Shown here one piece after another: positions 10,108 to 18,638 of a stretch of 64,000 nt of DNA. Each line of letters opens with the position of its first letter. Position 1 is the first letter of the stretch. Origin of the DNA: a virus; IMG/VR virus record IMGVR_UViG_3300031414_000012, positions 39,149-103,148 of that record. One strand, 5' to 3'. The notes under the pieces were generated by a model. The model was not told where the DNA came from. It made no database searches and saw only the letters and a list, made by a program, of their open reading frames with translations. Made by a program: the position numbers and the translations under genes.

Positions 10108-10596
10108 CTACCCCTTTATCTTTATCTTGGATCTACTTGGATCACCTAAACGACGATACTTAACCAGGCTCTGGATATTACGATCTTCGGCGTCTTCTGC
10201 ACCTTCGATTCGAATTACCGTTGAGGGAATGCTTCGACGTTCGGCAGTATCGATTGCATTACGTGTACCGCTAGAAACCCCATCCCAAACTGCGATCAGA
10301 TTGTCTGCGTGTAGCAACATCGATGCGTTACGAACCATACCCGCCCGTCTACCATTCGCCTCCCAGTTAGCAGGCCACCCAACACATTTCCACCCATTGC
10401 GTTTTGCGAAGATGCGAGCAAGACGATCAACGCCGAACTTAGCTTCCCCTTGCAACAGGATGGTATCTGCCTTAGAGCGATCCTTAAGGCAGGCAGTCAT
10501 ATGTCTGGAGAATTCCCAGTAACTACGAATAGTTCGAGACCCAGAAATAACATACACATCGCCACCGGTTAACTGCCAGGGTTTAGCTATAGACAT
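10108..10596 (-). CDS. SLOG-superfamily (DUF2493/YspA-like) protein
   Basis: VISGSR...GEAKFGVD...PANW...AGMVRNASM...LIAVWDGVSSGT motifs. Confidence 0.8.
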   Translation of the reverse strand: MSIAKPWQLTGGDVYVISGSRTIRSYWEFSRHMTACLKDRSKADTILLQGEAKFGVDRLARIFAKRNGWKCVGWPANWEANGRRAGMVRNASMLLHADNLIAVWDGVSSGTRNAIDTAERRSIPSTVIRIEGAEDAEDRNIQSLVKYRRLGDPSRSKIKIKG

Positions 10597-11060
10597 TCAG
10601 CCACCCCTTTCAGGACTCTCCGTATAGCAACATCCGTACCTTGGATCTGATCGATGGTTAATACACTGAAGTCAGCCCGAACATTGGTGTACCAGATTGA
10701 CATGGTCAAATCAGCCAGCGTTCTGGTAGATGGATCTGAAAGCAAATCCAACACGCGTGCACGTTTATTACCAGTCAACCATTCCAATGGATCAGCCAAT
10801 GCTTGTTCGTCCACAGGGACCGCTGACATTAGTCTAACCACACCATCTGCTTCATTGGCGTGGAGCACGGCGTCCAGGCTGTCACCAAAGAACATATAGT
10901 GACTGAACTCATGTCTCCACAACTTGCACAGGGTTTCATTATCTAACTTACGAAAGATTTCAACGGTGCGAAGGAATGAAAGGTTGGTGGGGTCGTCGTA
11001 CGTAAGACGGATAGTCTTTTTGATTTGACTGCGTAGCAACAGTCGCTGTACGTAATTCAT
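10587..11060 (-). CDS. Hypothetical protein
   Basis: 157 aa ORF in a tightly packed operon. Confidence 0.55.
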   Translation of the reverse strand: MNYVQRLLLRSQIKKTIRLTYDDPTNLSFLRTVEIFRKLDNETLCKLWRHEFSHYMFFGDSLDAVLHANEADGVVRLMSAVPVDEQALADPLEWLTGNKRARVLDLLSDPSTRTLADLTMSIWYTNVRADFSVLTIDQIQGTDVAIRRVLKGVAECL

Positions 11061-11434
11061 TTAGCTTTCCTTAAATAGTCAATGTAATCCCTAAAGATCA
11101 CATCACGCTCGGGGTAGCTCAGACCGTTGATATAGATGATCAGATTCCCCACTGCCACTGCCCTTGCTCTGACGGTAGACGCTTTCTTCCATTCCGTGTA
11201 AAGTACCCACAAGTTCTTGGAGACAATGCGGCGTTGACTGTACCTACGATACAGCAGCCTAAAGTGCATCTCCACCCACTCGTTGATGTAGATGTTGAAC
11301 ATCAGGGCATGTCCATTAGAGGCGTGGTCTACAAACTCTACGGCAGCATCGATCGTATCACTCACAACTGAGTGCCGTAAGGTTTTCTGAAGCTGTCGGT
11401 ACCGCCACTTAGTAACTAAATGGCTAAACCACAC
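11057..11434 (-). CDS. Hypothetical protein
   Basis: 125 aa; GGAGG RBS, GTG start. Confidence 0.6.
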   Translation of the reverse strand: MWFSHLVTKWRYRQLQKTLRHSVVSDTIDAAVEFVDHASNGHALMFNIYINEWVEMHFRLLYRRYSQRRIVSKNLWVLYTEWKKASTVRARAVAVGNLIIYINGLSYPERDVIFRDYIDYLRKAK

Positions 11435-11442
11435 ACCGCCTC

Positions 11443-11910
11443 CTATTTAATGGCCCTGTGGTTAACAACGATGTCGCAAAGAGTCAGGATATCGATAATA
11501 AGCTCCTGTCTGGCATTGTGCCACTTCTCACGACGTTCCTTGTTGGAAATGTACCGGCCGGGACTCGGCTGCGTTAGAACGCGTCTGAGAGCGTCTACGT
11601 CGTCATTGCCAAAATTGCCAAGACACCAGTCGAATACACGGCGGGATGCCAAGTCCGGGTACGCATTAGAAGCTGCATGCTCTGGTTGTGAATACAACAC
11701 ACGAGCGCGCTCTACTAACTGACGAGTGGACTTCGTGTATGTTTTAATGAAAGTATGCTTTGCTGGTAAATGTTCGCCAGTTTTGGTTGCATACATCACT
11801 TCCAGACGGTCGAGAATACCTACTGCAAGTTCAGGACTATTGGCGGCATGAATCAGGCCCAGAAGGGCCTGAAGATAGCCGTCTACAACAACAGCTTTTA
11901 ATTTGTTCAC
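11443..11910 (-). CDS. Hypothetical protein
   Basis: 155 aa ORF coupled to the uvsX stop. Confidence 0.55.
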   Translation of the reverse strand: MNKLKAVVVDGYLQALLGLIHAANSPELAVGILDRLEVMYATKTGEHLPAKHTFIKTYTKSTRQLVERARVLYSQPEHAASNAYPDLASRRVFDWCLGNFGNDDVDALRRVLTQPSPGRYISNKERREKWHNARQELIIDILTLCDIVVNHRAIK

Positions 11911-13352
11911 TATTTCATCCAGTAAGGTTTGTAATAGTCCGGGTCATCTTTAGGCAGACGCATGCGCAGGACGTCCATGGTGGAAAGCTCAGGACGGCGA
12001 TCGCCTTCGTCTTCTGTGTAGCACCAGTGCTTACTGGTCTCTAACAGCACATCCCAATCATAGCCAGCTGCTTTGATGTCGGTGTACAGTTGATCCATTG
12101 TGCAATAGTACTTAGACTCCAGACGATGGTGCGAGTTGTGCAGCAACTGATGTACTTCACATGTGATTTCCATCGCACGGTTCAGTTTATAATCAGCATC
12201 ACACAAACGACGCACGGTGGTACGTTGCAGTTTAACGTCAGGGTAGATCTCGCAGAAGTAACCCTTATCGTGTCCACCCATGCCCCAGCCTGGAGAGCTG
12301 CTGCTGTCTTTGTTCTGACGGAGATAACGCAGGAAGGTCAGACCTTCTTTAACACCTTCAGACTGAGACACAACCACATCGAACGTACCACCGGTTTTAC
12401 CTTGCTTATTACGCAGGTACTGAACCGTGATCGCTTGCAGGTCGGTATCGCCTTTGATGTTATCGTTAGCATCGCGTGGGAACTCAGGTGCCTTAGTTGT
12501 CTGGTTAATAAGAATTTCCAGGCTACGGCAATACAGCAGCACATCGGTCAGGAAGGTAAACTTCTCAGGAGTAGCTTTAAACTTAATGTTACCCTTCATG
12601 AAGCTCAGCTTCTTCTTATCACCGGCGTACTTGTCCATGATGATTTCATCACCAACGTGAGCAGTGATGATCATGTACAGACCACCTGAACCAGTCAGGT
12701 ATGGCATCTGCAACAGCATCTGGTTCTTAGCCATACTGCTTCGCATTGCTTCGGCGTTCAGCTCCGAGTCACCTACTTCGGCTTTGTCGTAAAGCTTGGA
12801 GACTTCTTCGATGGTCATCTGTGAGATGCCGTCAAGTTCTCCAATGGTCGGAAGCATGGCTTTAATCGGATTGCCTGACGCATCAAGGAATGGCGTTTCA
12901 CGAGTGTACGCTTTGCTGTCTTTGATTTTCATCGAGACGAGTGCACGTAACTGATCGAACCATTTAGAGCCGAACATGACAGTCAGGTCACTAAAGCTCA
13001 GACGACCTTCACGAACCAGGTCCAGGCCGGCGATTTCTTCAAAGCCTTGTGCCAGTGTACAATAACGCATCGGACTACCGGAACCTTCGGTGTCGTGCGC
13101 AACCAGGATACTACGGATGTATTTCGCTAAAGCTGACAGGGCATAGTGGTGCGAGATCGTAGATTTGTACATGTTACCACGACCGCCCACGCCTGTAATC
13201 TTCGGCAGACCGCCATTGACGATACTGTTGCCTCGCTTACCACGATAGATAACCCCAGTTGGGATATCTAACAGGCAGCCGACGTTCAGCCATGGACGGA
13301 CGTCCGGTGCCTTTTCGAAAAGGGCAAGTAAGGGATTCTCAGCGTTTGACAT
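11910..13352 (-). CDS. uvsX: UvsX/RecA-like recombinase (phiKZ gp152-like)
   Basis: GGLPKITGVGGRGNMYKST Walker A variant, HDTEGS, ELDGIS Walker B-like motif, LRNKQG; GAGGAG RBS. Confidence 0.8.
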   Translation of the reverse strand: MSNAENPLLALFEKAPDVRPWLNVGCLLDIPTGVIYRGKRGNSIVNGGLPKITGVGGRGNMYKSTISHHYALSALAKYIRSILVAHDTEGSGSPMRYCTLAQGFEEIAGLDLVREGRLSFSDLTVMFGSKWFDQLRALVSMKIKDSKAYTRETPFLDASGNPIKAMLPTIGELDGISQMTIEEVSKLYDKAEVGDSELNAEAMRSSMAKNQMLLQMPYLTGSGGLYMIITAHVGDEIIMDKYAGDKKKLSFMKGNIKFKATPEKFTFLTDVLLYCRSLEILINQTTKAPEFPRDANDNIKGDTDLQAITVQYLRNKQGKTGGTFDVVVSQSEGVKEGLTFLRYLRQNKDSSSSPGWGMGGHDKGYFCEIYPDVKLQRTTVRRLCDADYKLNRAMEITCEVHQLLHNSHHRLESKYYCTMDQLYTDIKAAGYDWDVLLETSKHWCYTEDEGDRRPELSTMDVLRMRLPKDDPDYYKPYWMK

Positions 13353-13419
13353 TCAAACAACTCCTCGTTGTTAATCATTTCTATGAAGCGCAACGTTCTG
13401 CTCATAAAAAGGTAATAGC

Positions 13420-14232
13420 ATGTTAAAAAGTATAGAACTCCAGAAAAACGTCATTACGGTAGAATCGTTGGCGTTGTTTCGTCCTAACCAGAAAACGCTA
13501 GACCGTCTGGGTGGCTTTTTCACGGATGCCAGTGACGCTATCCGCAAACTATTGGGGAACATTACCGGGGCTAATGTCGCGGTAACTGTCGATGGTCGTA
13601 AATTCCTTCCATTGATCCAAAAAGCGGACTACACATCCATGTCTGCACTGCGTGTCCCGTTCCCAAAAGAGTTTGGTGTGGACTACGGCACGATCGTACA
13701 GATCATGCAGGAAGTCAATGGTGCACCGGAATCACTGTATCGTGATTTCCTTCAGCCATTCAGTCAGTGGATCGCTATCACACTGAACGACCCAACCAAG
13801 ATGGAAAGCATTAACCAGTTCGTTAATGTCGACGTAGATCGCTCTAAGATCGCCCGTGCGCATCTGGCGAAAATCACCAAGGGTGGTAGTCAGTCCGAAG
13901 TACGTTACTCTCGTGCTGTCCGTAGTAATAAAGCGTGGGAGCCTATTCTGGATGGCATTAACCAGATTGCTGCACAGAATGCTAACGTCACTATCGATGA
14001 CGTGCGTGTCAAGGTTAAAGAAATCGATGACATGCTCCAGATTCTGATCGGTAAGATGAACGAACCCTCGTTCGAATATCGTCCGTCTGGCGCATTCGTA
14101 GAGCGCCTGGTAAACCTGACCTATGCAATGGCCGCAGAGATTGAACTGTACGCTGAGTATCAGTACCTGTTTGGTTCTCTGGTTGAAGCGGTACGCGCTG
14201 ACGTAGCCCTGCTGACTAAACATCTTAGCTAA
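13420..14232 (+). CDS. Virion (head) protein
   Basis: 270 aa; N-terminal TVE/S site resembling prohead-protease x-x-E cleavage sites; TATG upstream. Confidence 0.55.
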   Translation: MLKSIELQKNVITVESLALFRPNQKTLDRLGGFFTDASDAIRKLLGNITGANVAVTVDGRKFLPLIQKADYTSMSALRVPFPKEFGVDYGTIVQIMQEVNGAPESLYRDFLQPFSQWIAITLNDPTKMESINQFVNVDVDRSKIARAHLAKITKGGSQSEVRYSRAVRSNKAWEPILDGINQIAAQNANVTIDDVRVKVKEIDDMLQILIGKMNEPSFEYRPSGAFVERLVNLTYAMAAEIELYAEYQYLFGSLVEAVRADVALLTKHLS

Positions 14233-14244
14233 GGCACATAAAGC

Positions 14245-14274
14245 CCCTCCAGACGCCCTTAGGTGTCTGGAGGG
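14245..14274. terminator. Bidirectional terminator
   Basis: CCCTCCAGACGCC-CTTA-GGTGTCTGGAGGG then TTTATGCCG. Confidence 0.8.
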
Positions 14275-14291
14275 TTTATGCCGTTCTGTCT

Positions 14292-14684
14292 TTACAAAGC
14301 CATCCGTAGAACGCGCAGGATGTCTTCTCGCATTTGTGTGACTGACCCGTAACGAAGTGAAGCTGGCGTTTTGGATACGATGTCCATAGCCAGTTGGTAG
14401 AGCGGACCCCTTTCGGATGGGATGCTGATATGATGTTCAATAGTGCGTCCCCGTACGAGCATGGCGAAACGAGTAGGCAGTCTTAAAGCCTCACTGTCAC
14501 GACAAAACGAGAACTCACGATTCAAACGTTCTAATGCAACGGTCTCATCAAACGAGTCCGAAGCAATATAGCCAAACAAGCACGAAAGCGCTATCATCCG
14601 CTTGATGCGGTTGGGTAGCACTTTGCAGAACACACAACCCGCCGTAAAGGTGGGTATCTCGTGGTGCCATAATGTCATGGCCAT
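14292..14684 (-). CDS. Hypothetical protein
   Basis: ATG 14684 preceded by AAAGGAG, which removes the overlap with the RNase H gene. Confidence 0.6.
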   Translation of the reverse strand: MAMTLWHHEIPTFTAGCVFCKVLPNRIKRMIALSCLFGYIASDSFDETVALERLNREFSFCRDSEALRLPTRFAMLVRGRTIEHHISIPSERGPLYQLAMDIVSKTPASLRYGSVTQMREDILRVLRMAL

Positions 14685-14688
14685 ACGA

Positions 14689-16152
14689 CTACTCCTTTGG
14701 AATAACACGGTAGTTAGCCGGGTACCCCATCCAAATCGTCGCGTCTTCGCCTGCAACCACCACAGTGGCGAAGTAAAGGCTATTAGGATCATTTGACCAG
14801 CTCAACACGGTGACCTTCGGATCTTTCGATGCGAGGTGTGACAGAGTGTTACGGCGTGGCAGGTCTTGACCCAATACAATACGAGTAGACAATGTACCAA
14901 TCGACCCGTCTGCTTTCTTATAGTCGAGTGAAACAGGGATTGTCTTAGCAGCAGAATCAATCTCCTTCTTCAACTTAGAAGCAGTCTTACCTTTCTTCTC
15001 CTCGATATCATACAGACTATCGGTGATTTCACGAGCATGAACGTCTTTCAGCTTACCGGCTAAGAATTCAGTCAGTAACTTTTCAGCTTTCATGAGCGTA
15101 TCGATTGCGTTCAACGCAAGTCTCGGTTTGGTGAGTTCCCGAGTGAGTAATTGGTCGCCACCATACATCAGGTCGTTTGTACCTGGGCATGGGTCCAACC
15201 ACCGAGTACCATTTACAAAGATAGAACCATAGACACGCGAGTTGAGGATGTTATCCAAATGCCCGATAACCATCTCGCTGTAGTTATCAGAGTTGAGTTT
15301 GTATTGCGCCTGACGAATACTTTCCAGTACAGGGTCGGCTTCCTTTAAGAAGCTTACGCAGTACGTTGAGTCCGCCATGGGCTTAGCAAACAGTTCGTCA
15401 TCTTTACCATGTGCGCCACCATAGTAAACAAAGCGACCATCTGGTGCCTGATGTGTTTCGTCACTGTCATTGGTAAAGTACCAACGAGGAGTAGACAACA
15501 TTTTATTCACACCTGGAACTTTGACAGTCTCTCCACGTTCTACCGGAGGAGCATCAGTAAACTTAACGGTCCGCGATGCCTTAGCCAGCATAGCGAGCTG
15601 TTTCCCCTGAGTCGCGAGTTGGTCAGCACGTTGGTTACCAGGATCGTCGCCGTGTCCCTTAATCCAACGCCAGTCAACTTTCACGTCGTCACGAGCGAAT
15701 TCAGATTTGAACTGATAGATAGACTCCCATTGCGATTGGTTTGCAACAGGCTCATGGTTTGCGGTTTGCCATCCGTTCTGACGCCACTTATCCAAATTAT
15801 CCAGATAGTTCTTGCGCACGTACTCGGAATCCGGACGCATTAAAACGTCTTTCCATCCGTGTTCGCGAACAATCTCAAAGGCAAGGATTGCTGCACCTAA
15901 TTCTGCGATGTTGTTTGTCACAGGCATAGGGTAGCTCACCAGCCCCTCGAAGTACTGAATCGGCTGTACCCATTTCGCGTCAGCCGGTACGTTCTTAACT
16001 GAATAATATCCTTTGTCGGTTGGGTGGTAGGAATCATCGTTTGGACCTTCAACAACTTCGCTGAAAGTATAACCGAATAATCCACTACCACCTGGTCCGC
16101 GTGGCGGTTCAGCACCACCGTCCGTGTAAATGACTACTTTGATTCCAGACAT
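14689..16152 (-). CDS. rnhA: Ribonuclease HI with C-terminal extension (phiKZ gp155-like)
   Basis: IYTDGG, TNNIAELGA, RPDSEYV, WIKGH, GNQRADQLA catalytic motifs. Confidence 0.9.
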   Translation of the reverse strand: MSGIKVVIYTDGGAEPPRGPGGSGLFGYTFSEVVEGPNDDSYHPTDKGYYSVKNVPADAKWVQPIQYFEGLVSYPMPVTNNIAELGAAILAFEIVREHGWKDVLMRPDSEYVRKNYLDNLDKWRQNGWQTANHEPVANQSQWESIYQFKSEFARDDVKVDWRWIKGHGDDPGNQRADQLATQGKQLAMLAKASRTVKFTDAPPVERGETVKVPGVNKMLSTPRWYFTNDSDETHQAPDGRFVYYGGAHGKDDELFAKPMADSTYCVSFLKEADPVLESIRQAQYKLNSDNYSEMVIGHLDNILNSRVYGSIFVNGTRWLDPCPGTNDLMYGGDQLLTRELTKPRLALNAIDTLMKAEKLLTEFLAGKLKDVHAREITDSLYDIEEKKGKTASKLKKEIDSAAKTIPVSLDYKKADGSIGTLSTRIVLGQDLPRRNTLSHLASKDPKVTVLSWSNDPNSLYFATVVVAGEDATIWMGYPANYRVIPKE

Positions 16153-16232
16153 TACAGTGCTCCGTTTTAGACTGTGTTACTTCTACAGACCATTCGTATG
16201 CCCTGTAAGATTTTATTTATACTCGACCTGTC

Positions 16233-16610
16233 TTATGGTTTCTGTCTTTTGTCCTCGGGTTGCAAAAAATCCAATCTGGCATTTGCAGCAGAGAGATCTC
16301 GACCGAGCGCTACGTTAGCCTTTTTGATTTCGGCATTCTCTGCTTCAAGAGCCTTAATACGATCCGAGTCCATTCTTGCTCCCTGTTTGAGCGAAGCGTT
16401 TTCCAACATGTAACCTTGATTTGCGGTGTATAGAGTTTTGATTACATCATAACTCACAGCCCCAGCCAGAGCGATAATGATCAAAAAGACTGCAATATAT
16501 TTAAAGACAGGGGATTTTTGTTTTCCGCCTCTCGGCCTGCTGTTGCCTCCGAAGAGTTCTTTCAGGAAAGGCCAAAGGGTCGGTACTAGCTTTATTAATA
16601 AGCCGAGCAT
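16233..16610 (-). CDS. Membrane-anchored coiled-coil protein
   Basis: TM helix YIAVFLIIIALAGAV plus heptad-rich C-terminus. Confidence 0.6.
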   Translation of the reverse strand: MLGLLIKLVPTLWPFLKELFGGNSRPRGGKQKSPVFKYIAVFLIIIALAGAVSYDVIKTLYTANQGYMLENASLKQGARMDSDRIKALEAENAEIKKANVALGRDLSAANARLDFLQPEDKRQKP

Positions 16611-16668
16611 CGATTGACCCCTAAATATTATGTTGTACTATTATCCCTAACGAGCGAGGATTACCACG

Positions 16669-17985
16669 ATGTATCAGTTACGTGGTTTTGTGCCAATTAC
16701 TGCTTTCTCTGACAACACAGAGGGCAAAGTAGCCGCCATCGGTGAATTGTCCCAGTTGTCTCGCAGCTTCAGTCGCGATGTGAACTTCCTTCGCGTTACT
16801 GAATCCCCTGATGTCGCACTTGCTGTATTTAACAACACGCGTGACGATAAGGTTGTAGCCCCGGAGGTAGTTTATTATACGCTATTGCTGAACATCTCGC
16901 AATGGCTTTTTACTAAATCTATTTCCGGTGATCTGCCAAAAGACATTAACACCCTCTTACAAAACCTGAACGCCGCGTTTAGTACGCGTGCTAAGGTTTT
17001 AGAAGTAGGTGAGATTGTCAGCAACGGTCGTTACTGGTTCCCAACGTACATTACCTGTTCCGCACTGGAATCGGATAATGAGGACAGCTGGCTTAAAGTT
17101 TGGTATACGGATGACGCATTCCGTCGTGAGTATGACCTCTACGAGCACAATGTCGCTAACCCACCATCGTTCGATAACCTGGACGATTTCTTCCTGCCAG
17201 CTGCGACAGTCATTGCGCGAATTAAAGCTATTGATTCTGAGTTAACAAACAAACAGAACAACAAGTATCGCGGTGACTACCCTGAAACCAAGCTGCTTAC
17301 CACCAACTATGACTTCGTCAGTCCGCTGGATGAAGAAGATACCTACCCAGTTCCGTGGAGCGTATTCGTCTACGGTTTGGCTGGTATTTCCTCTGACAGC
17401 ATTCGTGACAGCATCGTTGATCATATCCTGGCGAACTCCACCCATTCCCGTGATGAGTGGGAGCAGATCTTCCCGGATCTGTTTACACCGACGGAGTTCT
17501 ATATCATTCCGTTCTGGGATCGCTATTCTTTGCCGGATAACAAGTTGGTTGCTGGTTTCTACTCACCTATCATCCCACTGAAAGCACAGCTGCCGACCGC
17601 CAAGAAATACTGCGTAGGTACTGAGTACACTGAAGCTCACCTGACTGCCAATCTGGATCTCGTGGGTAATCTGTATCGCTCATTGCAGTTCCTTACCGTG
17701 GGTAACCCGAAGAACCGTAACGCACCACTAGACTTCCTGTCGCTGTGGCCTAAGTACGCAATGATCTCTACGACCAATCTGGACTTCGGTCGCATTGATC
17801 CAGACACGCGTGAATTTATGATGCGTTTGACGGAGCTGTTACAGACCGCTGAGAAAGCGACTCAGTACACAGCAATCCCAGACGGCATGACTCGCGTAAT
17901 TCGTGATGAGAAGATGTACATGACGATGGTACATGCCAAAGTCCAGTATGTCTGCGCCGTTAAACTTAACTTCGTGAGCGGGTGA
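16669..17985 (+). CDS. Conserved virion structural protein
   Basis: 438 aa; GAGGA RBS; TATG late-promoter-like motif upstream. Confidence 0.6.
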   Translation: MYQLRGFVPITAFSDNTEGKVAAIGELSQLSRSFSRDVNFLRVTESPDVALAVFNNTRDDKVVAPEVVYYTLLLNISQWLFTKSISGDLPKDINTLLQNLNAAFSTRAKVLEVGEIVSNGRYWFPTYITCSALESDNEDSWLKVWYTDDAFRREYDLYEHNVANPPSFDNLDDFFLPAATVIARIKAIDSELTNKQNNKYRGDYPETKLLTTNYDFVSPLDEEDTYPVPWSVFVYGLAGISSDSIRDSIVDHILANSTHSRDEWEQIFPDLFTPTEFYIIPFWDRYSLPDNKLVAGFYSPIIPLKAQLPTAKKYCVGTEYTEAHLTANLDLVGNLYRSLQFLTVGNPKNRNAPLDFLSLWPKYAMISTTNLDFGRIDPDTREFMMRLTELLQTAEKATQYTAIPDGMTRVIRDEKMYMTMVHAKVQYVCAVKLNFVSG

Positions 17986-18593
17986 TAGCAATGGGTATCG
18001 TACCTACTTTAAACTCCTCCGGCCAATTCACGGTACAGACGCCGTTTAAGCTGGTTGATGGTGTGTCTTATACCTGTATTGCCAATCGTAAGTTTAAGGA
18101 CTTACTGAATCAACAGGTGGCGGTTTGGGATCGGTACTATTCCCCTTATGGACTGACCCAGGAACAGTATAATCAGGACTTAAAAGATGAAGCGGTGTTG
18201 GTGACATTGTTTAGCGACGATGCACCTACGGTTTACATACCGAGCACCTACATCCTTTCCTACCCTGACGCTTCTGCTACCACGTTCAGGCATCGGGTGC
18301 TGAGCTGCTCGTTAGGCGCTATTCCCGATAGCCTTGCATTGGACGACTTCATTCAGAAGGTACGTGCGCTTGCCAGTGACGTTGTTGGTATTGAACCGAC
18401 TGTAGCACTACACAGCATCACGTTGTCCACTGTGGTCACCAAGGAAGCAGCAGAAGCCTTCGAGGCAGCCAGACAGGCGCGTATTAACAATCGCACTACC
18501 GAACATGCTCAGTTACTGGCATCGCAATCGGAGAACGCGGAATTACGTACACGCGTTCAAATGCTGGAAGAAATACTGGTTCAAAACTCATAG
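17982..18593 (+). CDS. Conserved hypothetical/virion protein
   Basis: About 200 aa (ATG 17991 possible); coiled-coil C-terminus. Confidence 0.6.
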   Translation: MIAMGIVPTLNSSGQFTVQTPFKLVDGVSYTCIANRKFKDLLNQQVAVWDRYYSPYGLTQEQYNQDLKDEAVLVTLFSDDAPTVYIPSTYILSYPDASATTFRHRVLSCSLGAIPDSLALDDFIQKVRALASDVVGIEPTVALHSITLSTVVTKEAAEAFEAARQARINNRTTEHAQLLASQSENAELRTRVQMLEEILVQNS

Positions 18594-18605
18594 CGACATA
18601 AAAGC

Positions 18606-18631
18606 CTCTCTACCCTTTGCGGGGTAGAGGG
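18606..18631. terminator. Bidirectional terminator
   Basis: CTCTCTACCC...GGGTAGAGGG between convergent genes. Confidence 0.75.
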
Positions 18632-18638
18632 TGCTTAT

